From Bdellovibrio sp. (GTDB lineage: Bacteria > Bdellovibrionota > Bdellovibrionia > Bdellovibrionales > Bdellovibrionaceae), in assembly GCA_036677065.1 (NCBI GenBank), contig JAKFBS010000002.1, positions 512,001 through 576,000 on the forward strand: 64,000 nt of DNA. Reading direction: 5' to 3'. Below the pieces are notes generated by a model. It had not been told where the DNA came from, made no database searches, and saw only the letters and a program-made list of their open reading frames with translations. A program made the translations under genes and the position numbers. Positions 28,800 to 37,867 of this stretch are shown here, one piece after another; positions within the stretch are counted from its first letter, which is position 1; every line of letters begins with the position of its first letter.

Positions 28800-29206
28800 G
28801 TCTAATCACAGCCCTATTAATTTCTGTTTCTGCTTTAGCATCGACTCCGACATCATTATCGCCTGAGTTAAGAAAAGACTATGATGAATTTCAAAAATCT
28901 TACGAAGATGCCGTGATGATGTCTGAAGATAAAGCTAAATTCTTAAAAGAATTTAAAAGTATTGAAACTAATTTACAAAAAAAATATAAAGCATTTGATA
29001 AAAAAGAAGGCCAAGCTATAACCAATGAAGGCAATCAAATGGCCTTAGATATCGAAATGCTTGAGCCGTTAAAAATCATTGCTGAAGGCAATGCTTCGAA
29101 AGAAAGCTGCTCAAACGCTGAATTTATTAATGAATTAAATAATCAGTCAGATGCAAAAACTTACGATAAATTAAAAGCGCAAATCACTAAACTTTGTAAA
29201 CAATAA
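28784..29206 (+). CDS. Small secreted helical hypothetical protein
   Basis: AAGGAG RBS inside upstream gene; signal peptide ending SALA; two Cys. Confidence 0.75.
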   Translation: MYQQLSLITALLISVSALASTPTSLSPELRKDYDEFQKSYEDAVMMSEDKAKFLKEFKSIETNLQKKYKAFDKKEGQAITNEGNQMALDIEMLEPLKIIAEGNASKESCSNAEFINELNNQSDAKTYDKLKAQITKLCKQ

Positions 29207-29231
29207 TTGGCGTGGCTCGCCAAGGCTCGAC

Positions 29232-29351
29232 TTAGCCCAAGAAAATCATAAGCGCAGGTACGATGAAAACCATAAGCAAAAACACCTGCTCTTGTTTCTC
29301 TTTACTTCTGCTTCTTTTAGCCAAGGCTAAACTACCTCTAGATAAATTCAT
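29232..29351 (-). CDS. Putative 39-aa membrane microprotein
   Basis: AGGGGTG RBS; MNLSRGSLALAKRSRSKEKQEQVFLLMVFIVPALMIFLG*; not in the ORF track. Confidence 0.5.
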   Translation of the reverse strand: MNLSRGSLALAKRSRSKEKQEQVFLLMVFIVPALMIFLG

Positions 29352-29569
29352 ACACACCCCTTTCAATATCCCCTTACTGATTAATAAAGCAATTTGAACG
29401 CCAGCGCTGCGGCCATTACAACACTCTATAAAAATACAGTAGAATATAACTTAGTCACATTCTCTTAGTGCAATGGCGCTAAGTTCTCAAATTCACAGAG
29501 AGATTCGCGATTAAGTCATGATTCTTTACAAGTGTTAGGATTTAGATCATGTCTCATATTTAGAAATAA

Positions 29570-29594
29570 AAAAGCCAGACAATGTCTGGCTTTT
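29570..29594. terminator. Rho-independent terminator (possibly bidirectional)
   Basis: AAAAGCCAGAC-AAT-GTCTGGCTTTT. Confidence 0.8.
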
Positions 29595-29625
29595 GAGTAT
29601 CGCGCTGTAGAATTTGTCTAGCTGC

Positions 29626-29769
29626 TTAGTATGCTTTCCCGTCTACAGCCTTAGGCGCCGACTGAAACCCAAGCTTACTTGGCGCGCGGTCTTGAAAAAC
29701 TAATACTAAAAGACCAAGTAAAACCACACATAAGAACATATTCAGTTTTTTGAAAAAATTTACAGTCAT
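29626..29769 (-). CDS. Putative 47-aa membrane microprotein
   Basis: AGGGGG RBS; MTVNFFKKLNMFLCVVLLGLLVLVFQDRAPSKLGFQSAPKAVDGKAY*; lies between the FG-GAP gene and the terminator. Confidence 0.6.
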   Translation of the reverse strand: MTVNFFKKLNMFLCVVLLGLLVLVFQDRAPSKLGFQSAPKAVDGKAY

Positions 29770-29794
29770 AAATCCCCCTATTAAAATAAAAATA

Positions 29795-31360
29795 TTACTT
29801 ACACTTAACTTCAGGAATATCCTGAAACGTATTTCTCTTAAAGGCCTTCGGCAATTGCCCCATCGAGTAAGTGGCTGAGGTGGCTCTTAAATCATCTGTC
29901 ACATTCGTGATAAAATAATTGTGCTGATTCCATACCGCCCGTGTTGGCATCCATGAACCTTCGACACTCGGACCAAATACTCTAACACCATTCATTTTAT
30001 AAAAAGGGCTTTCTGGCTTCAGATCATATGAGTAAGAATTTTGCGCCACGATAAGATCTGCATACCCATCTCCATCGGCATCCGCGACAACAGGATATTC
30101 ACTTAAAGTGCCGCTTGGATTTATAGTCTGCCAAATTGTTTTTAAATTTAGCGAACCGTCCAATTCATAAATTCTAAGATACTGTTCGTCAGCGTAAATA
30201 ATTTCGGGCTTACTATCGCCATTAAAATCAAAAGAAGCCACGCCGGTTTTTCTTGAAGAACAATCGGTTGTTAAACTGCCCGCGATTTTATTTCCCGACA
30301 CATCATAAATCGTCAAGGAGCGGCCCGTAGCGATGGCAATCTCTAACGACTGGGCATTGCCATCAAAATCACCGATTGTAGCCTGACCGCCACCGATAGC
30401 GCCCGTACAGGTACTGTTTGTATGTTCTGTTAAAGTCTTATCAACAATCAACACACCTTTAGAGGAGTAAACCTGAAATGAAGACCCGCCGGCTAAAACA
30501 ATTTCAGAACCCACATGATTTGCATAAATATCTGCAATCGCCGGAAATCCTATTTTAGAAAATTTAGAAATGGTTTTTCCTTGTACATTCATAATACCAC
30601 CGGCGTTAACGATGCTCATTTTTGCAAGCGAACTCATCGGTTGCAAATTCACTGGCACATTATAACAGGCTACAATATCAAGATTGGCCTTAATGAAAGG
30701 AATTTTAGCTTTAGATTCAGAAACCACAAATCCAGGGGCTACGATATCTGCAATACCATCATTATCAATATCGGCAGCTGATAGTGAATCATCACAATTC
30801 ATAGCACCAGAAGGCTTATTTAAAACCCAGCGCTCTGACCCATCAGAATTAAGCGCAATCATGTTAATGCTGCCTGAAACTGCGCGACTCAGGTATATGA
30901 CTTCGCCTTTACCATCACCTTCAATATCAATTAACAAAGGCGCCATTGATCCAAAAGACATATGTTCAGGCTTCATTGCTGACCATTTTTCCTGCCCGTT
31001 AGCACCGCTAATTACACGCACATAACCTGGTGAATTATAACTACCACCTTTAAAAGTTGTGAATGCAATTTCAGGAATTCCATCACCATCAATATCACCA
31101 ACCACTGGGGTAGACATAACTTGACTGTATAATGGCTCTTGGGCTGAAGCATGATCCCATGCAAATTTGAGCTTAGGAATAATTTCATAAGCGCTCATAT
31201 CACGACAGATTGGTGCCGCAGCTTGAAGCGATGCCGTATCGACTTTAAAATCCATTTTTGAAGAAGAACAATTTTGAAACCACAGCATCAAAACAGGAAC
31301 TACGACTATCATTTTAAATAAGATGTGCTCGCGTTTTTGCGAACCGCGTACTGATTTCAT
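29795..31360 (-). CDS. FG-GAP/VCBS-repeat beta-propeller lipoprotein (adhesin-like)
   Basis: GGGGGA RBS before MKSVRG; WFQNC lipoprotein leader; repeated GDIDGDGIPEI, DIDNDGIADIV, DFNGDSKPEII, DADGDGYADLIV; WNQHNY. Confidence 0.85.
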   Translation of the reverse strand: MKSVRGSQKREHILFKMIVVVPVLMLWFQNCSSSKMDFKVDTASLQAAAPICRDMSAYEIIPKLKFAWDHASAQEPLYSQVMSTPVVGDIDGDGIPEIAFTTFKGGSYNSPGYVRVISGANGQEKWSAMKPEHMSFGSMAPLLIDIEGDGKGEVIYLSRAVSGSINMIALNSDGSERWVLNKPSGAMNCDDSLSAADIDNDGIADIVAPGFVVSESKAKIPFIKANLDIVACYNVPVNLQPMSSLAKMSIVNAGGIMNVQGKTISKFSKIGFPAIADIYANHVGSEIVLAGGSSFQVYSSKGVLIVDKTLTEHTNSTCTGAIGGGQATIGDFDGNAQSLEIAIATGRSLTIYDVSGNKIAGSLTTDCSSRKTGVASFDFNGDSKPEIIYADEQYLRIYELDGSLNLKTIWQTINPSGTLSEYPVVADADGDGYADLIVAQNSYSYDLKPESPFYKMNGVRVFGPSVEGSWMPTRAVWNQHNYFITNVTDDLRATSATYSMGQLPKAFKRNTFQDIPEVKCK

Positions 31361-31579
31361 AGATCCCCCACCCAGCTTTATGTAAAGCAATTTGGTCGCC
31401 ATAGCGCGGAGGCGATTCTAATCGCGGGCACAGAATCAGAGCGAATAAAATGTGATCACTTTTAATGAAGATAATAAGCTAACTTGCTAAATTAACTTAA
31501 GCTTTACGAAATAGTCTGAATACTCAACGACTGTCAGAATTAAAACCATGTCGCAAACTGAGATAAGAACGACTCAAGA

Positions 31580-32056
31580 CTAAGCTTCTACCTTACGCTG
31601 TTGAATACGATGTTCGCGGCGTTTTTTAGCCGCTTCGAAACGACGTTTCTCAGTCTCGGTTTCTAGCACTAAGCTTGGAACCTTAGCCGATCTGCCATCA
31701 GAGCCCAGGGCAACAAAAGTTAAATAAGATGAAGCGGTATGAAAGATTTCGCCGGTTTTAGGATTTTCTGCATCAACACGCACACCGATTTCCATAGATG
31801 AAGTAGAAACAAAATTGACCGAGGCCTTTAAGTTAACAACCCAGCCGCGCTTTACCGGCGCAATAAAATCTAAGCGGTCAATTGACGCAGTTACGACTTC
31901 TTTACCTGAATGCCTTTGGGCTGCAATAGCTGCCGCAATATCAATCCATGACATAATAGTTCCGCCAAAAATCGTATCAAAAGAATTTGTGTGTGATGGC
32001 AAAACAAGTTGGGTCATGATGACCTGAGAACGAGAAACGGTTTTAGCGTCTGACAT
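31580..32056 (-). CDS. Acyl-CoA thioesterase (YciA-like hotdog fold)
   Basis: VLPSHTN, FGGTIMSWID, VVTASID, SSMEIGV, TFVAL; GGAG RBS before MSDAK. Confidence 0.9.
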   Translation of the reverse strand: MSDAKTVSRSQVIMTQLVLPSHTNSFDTIFGGTIMSWIDIAAAIAAQRHSGKEVVTASIDRLDFIAPVKRGWVVNLKASVNFVSTSSMEIGVRVDAENPKTGEIFHTASSYLTFVALGSDGRSAKVPSLVLETETEKRRFEAAKKRREHRIQQRKVEA

Positions 32057-32093
32057 GATGAAAATCTCCAGGTGTATATCATAGAGTTTACAC

Positions 32094-32131
32094 AAAAAAA
32101 AACGGGACATCAATTAAGATGACCCGTTTTT
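32094..32131 (-). terminator. Rho-independent terminator after the LuxR-type gene
   Basis: A-tract then ACGGGACATC-AATTAA-GATGACCCGT then T-tract. Confidence 0.7.
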
Positions 32132-32158
32132 GATTTAACTAAATAAATCTGCTTAGAA

Positions 32159-32533
32159 CTAAACGCCTAAATCAGAGTTACCATTGTTACGGCCGATGCC
32201 GCCACCTGGTAAAGTGATTGTTGTGTTCCCAGCAGGGATTGTCGTCGCAATAGTAGCCTGTGTATTAAAAGCAGTTGCTCCAGCAGGTTGAGAGGCTTCC
32301 ATACGTGCTTCACTTTCAACAAATCCTAAGTGCGGTAAGCACCATACGATTAATTGCGCGCGTGATTTAACATTCATTTTTTTGTAAATGTTTGTTAAAT
32401 GAAATTTTACAGTTTTTTCTGTAACGAATAATTGATTCGCAACTTCTTTGTTCGAAAGACCTTTAGAAACTAGTTCAGCAACTTCTGCTTCACGATTAGA
32501 AAGACCCTTTTGAATTAAAACATCTCTGAGCAT
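32159..32533 (-). CDS. Stand-alone LuxR/GerE-type HTH transcriptional regulator
   Basis: LSNREAEVAELVSKGLSNKEVANQLFVTEKTVKFHLTNIYKKM; GGAGG RBS; low-complexity tail. Confidence 0.9.
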   Translation of the reverse strand: MLRDVLIQKGLSNREAEVAELVSKGLSNKEVANQLFVTEKTVKFHLTNIYKKMNVKSRAQLIVWCLPHLGFVESEARMEASQPAGATAFNTQATIATTIPAGNTTITLPGGGIGRNNGNSDLGV

Positions 32534-32777
32534 CCTTGCTCCTCCTGCTTAATTGTTTTTTGTTTAATACAGCTAATTTTTTTGTGTCACCCTGAGACTA
32601 GTCTTGATTTCCGTATCTCGACTTTGCTTCAGATTAACAACAACAACCTGAATTTAAGTCTGACAGACTTTCGATAGAACGCAATACCTTTGGCTTTATT
32701 TTTTTTCAAAACTAGACCGACCTCGTCAAAACCCCCGCAAACCTAGTAGATTCTAAGGAAATTTGTAAAAATTAACA

Positions 32778-32804
32778 TAAGAAATCGAATCAATTAACCG
32801 ATAA
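32778..32804 (+). promoter_or_regulatory. Sigma28 (FliA) promoter upstream of cheY-cheX
   Basis: TAAG-N15-ACCGATAA, followed by an AAGGAG RBS. Confidence 0.7.
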
Positions 32805-32824
32805 GTCTGGGGTAAGGAGTCTAC

Positions 32825-33244
32825 ATGTTTATCCCAAATACAAAATTTCTCATCGTCGATGATTTTGCAACAATGCGCAAGGTAGTAAAAAAGGTTCTGG
32901 TCGAGCTTGGCTACAGCGATATTCTAGAAGCCGAAGACGGAAAAATAGCATTACAGTTAATTCAAGACGCTGCCAACAATGGCGCGCCTTTTCAATGTAT
33001 CGTGTCTGATTGGAATATGCCAAATATGACAGGGCTTGAGCTATTAAAAGCCTGCAAGGCTGATCCTAAGCTTAAAGAGATCCCGTTCATGTTAGTCACT
33101 GCAGAGAGTGAAAAAGAACAAATCATCGAAGCAGCTAAGTCCGGCGTTTCTGAATACGTGGTCAAGCCCTTCAACGCGGCTACTTTAAAAGATAAACTTA
33201 CTCGCGTGTACAATAAACATAATCCAGCAGCGAAGGCGGCGTAA
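32825..33244 (+). CDS. cheY: CheY-like single-domain response regulator
   Basis: FLIVDDFATMR, SDWNMPNMTGLELL, VTAE, YVVKPFNA. Confidence 0.88.
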   Translation: MFIPNTKFLIVDDFATMRKVVKKVLVELGYSDILEAEDGKIALQLIQDAANNGAPFQCIVSDWNMPNMTGLELLKACKADPKLKEIPFMLVTAESEKEQIIEAAKSGVSEYVVKPFNAATLKDKLTRVYNKHNPAAKAA

Positions 33245-33751
33245 GTGTCTACAGCTTTAAAAATTTCCACATTGAAAAACCCACTTTTTGAAAAAATCGT
33301 AGTGGGTAATATCTGCGCCGGCATCAAAGACACCCTAACTCAGCTAGGCCCTTTTGTTACAGAATTTCAACCGCATTTTTTTGCGACTGAATGGGCTGTA
33401 CCGACTCCGATTTCAGTGATTTTAAATTTAAAACAAGATGAACAGCCCGTACAGGTGCGTTTTCATTTCGACCCAAAACCCGTTATCGATATCTTAGAGG
33501 GCATGATTGGCGATAAAGTTGATCCAGAATCTCAAGATATTTTAGACGGCGTGGGCGAAATCAGTAATATGATTTATGGCCTTATTAAATCTAAAGCAAA
33601 TAGCTCAGGGTTTTCTTTCGGCATGAGCCGTCCCGAAGCTTGCTTTACCAAAGATATCCCGCCACATGTGAATCCTAATGGTCAAAGTTTAGTGATTCCA
33701 TTCTCTGTTAACGGCAGCGTATGCCATTTCGAATTTATTGTATTTCAATAA
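33245..33751 (+). CDS. cheX: CheX-like chemotaxis phosphatase
   Basis: DILDGVGEISNMIYG (ExxN motif); VIPFSV; directly follows cheY. Confidence 0.75.
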   Translation: MSTALKISTLKNPLFEKIVVGNICAGIKDTLTQLGPFVTEFQPHFFATEWAVPTPISVILNLKQDEQPVQVRFHFDPKPVIDILEGMIGDKVDPESQDILDGVGEISNMIYGLIKSKANSSGFSFGMSRPEACFTKDIPPHVNPNGQSLVIPFSVNGSVCHFEFIVFQ

Positions 33752-33753
33752 TT

Positions 33754-35013
33754 TTAATCGATCAAATTTTGATTTTGTAAAAAAATAAGGGCTTCGGAAG
33801 AAGTCCTTATTTTTTTTTCAAATTGAGCTTTGCGCACAAACTGTAAAAGCGTGGCGATTTGTGCAGGCGCACATCTTCCATAAAACTCTGTTCCGCTTAA
33901 TAAAGGCTTAGGAAATTCGTTAAAATAACCTACAACGGCATCATTTAGGGTTATTGAACACTCCCCGTAGCTTGAATAAAATTGCAGTAGCATTAACGAA
34001 TGTTCTTTGTGCCGTTCTTTATCAATCAATAGCGCCAAGTCTAAAGCTTGCGGATTTTTTGAAAGTTCATGTTTAAGATCAATCGCTTTTTTAGCAAAAA
34101 CCGCATCTTCTTTAGAGCATTTTAGCCGAGCTTTTAAAAACTGAGCCGCCTCAGGAGCATAACTCCATAAGATAACGACATTCATAACAAGCTGTTGTAC
34201 ATGGGTCATTGCAGTGGTTTTTAACGCAGGCAAGGCTAATAAGTTATTTGCATTAAACTCAGCCCCAAGGGATTTCCATAATGCGGACGTTAACTCTTGC
34301 CCCCAGAAAAGACTTTCAGCATGGCTTTTAACTATTTTTAAAACCTCATCAAAAACGCGCTCACCACTGACTGTACGAATAAGATCGATATTATTTTTTG
34401 CAGCCGTTAAGTCTGCGTCAGGGATTTCAAAACCAAGCTGCGCCTTAAAACGCGCAAGCCTTAATAAGCGCAAATGATCTTCTTTAAATCTACGATCGGC
34501 ATCACCTACACAGCGTAGAATTTTATTTTCTAAATCCGAAACTCCGCCAACATAATCCAAAACCTGATGTTTTTCTAAATCATAAAATAACGCATTCACG
34601 GTAAAGTCGCGACGTTTCGCATCTTCAAGCGGCGTTGCACGCCTAATACCTTGAGGCCTGCGACCATCAACGTATTCGTCTTCTTCACGAAACACCGCCA
34701 GATCAATTATTATGTTTCTATTGTTGATAAAAAATGGAAGTTTATAAACGCCAAATTTTTGCCCTACGAGCACGGCCTTTGGAAAAAGCTCTAAGATTTC
34801 GTCATCACTGGCATCGGTCACTAAATCAATGTCAATCGGTGTGCGACCAAGCCACATATCACGAACTGCCCCGCCCGAAACCCAGCACAGGCGCTTTTTT
34901 TGAGCTAAATCTTTAGAAACCCTATAAATAAAACTCGCCGATTCTAATAAATTCAAGCGATCGGTAAAATCAATTTCATAAACAGAGTGACTCATATATA
35001 TACTATCATTCAT
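33754..35013 (-). CDS. cca: CCA-adding / poly(A) polymerase-family tRNA nucleotidyltransferase
   Basis: GGAVRD..LGR.P.DIDL, EDAKRRDFTVNAL, RFKEDHLRLLRLARF; start uncertain (35013 or 34995). Confidence 0.85.
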   Translation of the reverse strand: MNDSIYMSHSVYEIDFTDRLNLLESASFIYRVSKDLAQKKRLCWVSGGAVRDMWLGRTPIDIDLVTDASDDEILELFPKAVLVGQKFGVYKLPFFINNRNIIIDLAVFREEDEYVDGRRPQGIRRATPLEDAKRRDFTVNALFYDLEKHQVLDYVGGVSDLENKILRCVGDADRRFKEDHLRLLRLARFKAQLGFEIPDADLTAAKNNIDLIRTVSGERVFDEVLKIVKSHAESLFWGQELTSALWKSLGAEFNANNLLALPALKTTAMTHVQQLVMNVVILWSYAPEAAQFLKARLKCSKEDAVFAKKAIDLKHELSKNPQALDLALLIDKERHKEHSLMLLQFYSSYGECSITLNDAVVGYFNEFPKPLLSGTEFYGRCAPAQIATLLQFVRKAQFEKKIRTSSEALIFLQNQNLID

Positions 35014-35032
35014 GGTTTCAGAGCCGCACACA

Positions 35033-36124
35033 ATGAAAAATTTATTTAAAGACCCTTTGGATTTAATGTTAGATCCAAAGCTGAAATCTCATTTGCAGCA
35101 CATCAAACTAAATCAAAATTTTGATTTAGTCAGCGCGACAGCCTTGAATAAACCTTTGACCATCGACTTTTATAAAAATTGGCTAGCGAACAACCAGCAT
35201 GGCGACATGAATTACCTGGAAAGCCATTTACCCCTTAAAGAAGACCCTACACAAATTCACGCAAGCTTAAAATCAGCCATCACTATCGCTTTTCATTATT
35301 TTCCGGCGATTAAACCTTACCAGCAGTATGTTCCAGCGCGTGCCGCCCTTTACGCACAAAATGAAGATTATCATTTTTGGTTAAAAGAAAAACTCACCAT
35401 CAGCATTAGCTATTTACAAACGCAGTACCCCGGTGAACATTTTTTTCCTTATGTGGATTCAGGCCCAGTGTTAGAACGCGATTTAGCCTACCAAGCAGGT
35501 CTTGGCTGGTTTGGTAAAAACACCTGCATCATCCATTCGCAAAAAGGCAGCTTATTTTTCTTAGCTGAAATTTTAACTTCGATTGAAGTAAAAGAAAAAC
35601 TGCCGCTACATGAAGACCTGTGCGGGTCTTGCAGTAAGTGCATCGATATCTGCCCTACAGGTGCTTTGTCAGGTGATAAAAAATTAAATGCCAATAAGTG
35701 CATTTCATATTTAACCATTGAATCAAAAACTGTCGCCCCTAAAGAACTACGCCCCATGATAAGCGATTGGTTTTTTGGTTGTGATTTATGCCAGACAGTT
35801 TGCCCGTGGAATCAAAAAAAACTAAATATTCTTGTTCCAGAACATAGCCAAAAATCCAGCGCGCCGTTTTTAAGTTTAACTGCAGAAAAAGAACAAGAAT
35901 TAGAAGATTTTTTTCGCACGATTTTAGATTCTTCGAATAAAAAAATTCAAAAAATATTTTACGGAACACCAATGTTAAGATCTGGTGGTTTTGGCTTAAA
36001 ACGCAATGCCATGGTGGTTATTGCTAATCGCAAAATGACTAACCTAAAAGCTGAAGTCGCAAAGTACACTGAAGATCCAAAGTTAGCCGAACTGGCTCAG
36101 TGGACACTAGAGCAACTTAACTAA
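35033..36124 (+). CDS. queG: tRNA epoxyqueuosine(34) reductase
   Basis: VDSGPVLERDLA, GWFGKN, CGSCSKCIDICPTGAL, CISYLTIE, FGCDLCQTVCPWN. Confidence 0.93.
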   Translation: MKNLFKDPLDLMLDPKLKSHLQHIKLNQNFDLVSATALNKPLTIDFYKNWLANNQHGDMNYLESHLPLKEDPTQIHASLKSAITIAFHYFPAIKPYQQYVPARAALYAQNEDYHFWLKEKLTISISYLQTQYPGEHFFPYVDSGPVLERDLAYQAGLGWFGKNTCIIHSQKGSLFFLAEILTSIEVKEKLPLHEDLCGSCSKCIDICPTGALSGDKKLNANKCISYLTIESKTVAPKELRPMISDWFFGCDLCQTVCPWNQKKLNILVPEHSQKSSAPFLSLTAEKEQELEDFFRTILDSSNKKIQKIFYGTPMLRSGGFGLKRNAMVVIANRKMTNLKAEVAKYTEDPKLAELAQWTLEQLN

Positions 36125-36513
36125 ATACCGATCGCTGTTTTCCACTCAGGCGTTGGCAAAATAATTTTTCTGGCTTTTAAATCAAAAAATGCAAGCACCA
36201 CGATAAGCTCAGCACAGACTTCATTTTTATCGTTAAACATTTCTTGTTTTAGTTTTCCGATTTTTCCGTTGTATTCAGTGCACTCTACTGAAATTTTAAT
36301 TTTATCACGTTGTTTAAGCTCTTTGATAAAACGTAAATGGGCTTCTAAAATCACAGGGCCTTGACCGGTTTCCTGAATTTTCTTTAAGCCAAATCCACGC
36401 TCAGTAATGAGATCCCAGCGGGCTTGTTCGAATAGCTCTAAATAACGAGCGTTATTCATATGGCCAAAAATATCCAAATGCGTTTCTTGCACCATGGTTT
36501 CAAATAAATACAT
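36121..36513 (-). CDS. 4HBT/YbgC-like acyl-CoA thioesterase
   Basis: HLDIFGHMNNARYLELFEQAR. Confidence 0.88.
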   Translation of the reverse strand: MYLFETMVQETHLDIFGHMNNARYLELFEQARWDLITERGFGLKKIQETGQGPVILEAHLRFIKELKQRDKIKISVECTEYNGKIGKLKQEMFNDKNEVCAELIVVLAFFDLKARKIILPTPEWKTAIGI

Positions 36514-36523
36514 AAGAACCTAC

Positions 36524-37127
36524 TTAGTTAATTAAAAAACCCAAGCTGATCGCTGGGTATGTTTCTTTAGCGATATACTCGTCGAAATTACTGATCGTAT
36601 CATTTGCTTTATAGTTCACCTGACGGTGAGATATTAAAGCGCCGATATAAAAATTCGAAGCAAAAGGAACTTTATATTCAAGGTCTGCCTGAAAACCACT
36701 GCCTTTGCGGTAATCACCAAAGCTTTCGTCATGACGGTAAAAGGCGCGAAAATTAAAATTATTACGAAAAAAAATAACCAAAACCCACTCCGCCGGTTTT
36801 ACCGTTTGTGGTTCCCGCTAAAGTTGAATAGTTTTTTACCGAATATAACAGACCTAAATACCAGTTGCTGTCATTGATATAGCCAAGCTTAGAATCGTAA
36901 ATAGACGTGTTGTTTTTAAAATCTTGTGTTGATGGGTTGCCGGCAGCTTCGGCCTGACCGTAATGAATACCGAAGTCTAAAAGTACGCCAGATTTACCGG
37001 CCACATAAACTGAGCCTCCGCGCGACGAACCACCACCACCGCCACGAGTTTGCGCCGGGCTGATGATAGACAAACTCATCACGACAAATACAATAGATAA
37101 AAATGACTTAGATACAATTTTGATCAA
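36524..37127 (-). pseudogene. Outer-membrane beta-barrel protein split by a frameshift in a T8 run
   Basis: ORFs 36762..37127 and 36524..36781 join if one T of the run (A8 at 36767-36774 on +) is removed, giving GVGFGYFFRNNFNFRAF...; N-terminal signal peptide and C-terminal ISLGFLIN strand. Confidence 0.75.
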
Positions 37128-37259
37128 GTTAACGATTCCTTGTTTTTTATTGTGAAAAATTTATAAAAAATGTTCAATACACAATTCTAACGCAAGGCAG
37201 AAGTCTATGCGCAACACTTTCTTGATGACTTCAATTTTAGGCTATGGTTTTTCACGTGT

Positions 37260-37862
37260 ATGCGAAGAATCAAACCTGCATTAAAACTTGTAGTACTGCT
37301 GATCAATTTAGTGTTCTGCTTCGCATTTACATCTACGTCCCAGGCCGCTGAAAGCATCAAAGGCCGCATTAAAAAAGTAGATAATACTTATCTTATCGTC
37401 ACAAAAAACCAAATTGCTTATACTTTAGATTTTTCAAACGGCGTTTCTGAACAACAAATCAGACGTTTGAATAATGGCGACTTCGCCTCTGTGTCTGCTA
37501 ACTTTAGCAGCATCTCTCCAAGCCTTATCTACGTCACGTCTGTTGATTACGTAGGTCTAAACATGCTGACTGGTATTTGGTTAAGTGAAGCTGGCTTGTG
37601 CTACGAATTCGCAACCTTTACGCGCTTATATGTCTATGGCCCTGACAATGACGGTGAATGTGTACGCAGTCTTGATCCCGAAGAGTACTCAAAATACACC
37701 TACTTCATCAATCCTGATGTCGACGCATGGAATATGTTAATTTCTTCGAACAATTCAGAATTCGTCGGCAACCTTGATATTATCAGCGATGATGAGATCA
37801 CAATAGAGTTGTTTGACGCCCGAACTGACGCTACCCTAGGAACAATGGTTCTTAGGAGATAG
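37260..37862 (+). CDS. Secreted hypothetical protein
   Basis: Signal peptide ending SQA; 200 aa; first gene of the apparent hutG-ltaE operon. Confidence 0.7.
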   Translation: MRRIKPALKLVVLLINLVFCFAFTSTSQAAESIKGRIKKVDNTYLIVTKNQIAYTLDFSNGVSEQQIRRLNNGDFASVSANFSSISPSLIYVTSVDYVGLNMLTGIWLSEAGLCYEFATFTRLYVYGPDNDGECVRSLDPEEYSKYTYFINPDVDAWNMLISSNNSEFVGNLDIISDDEITIELFDARTDATLGTMVLRR

Positions 37863-37867
37863 ACAAA

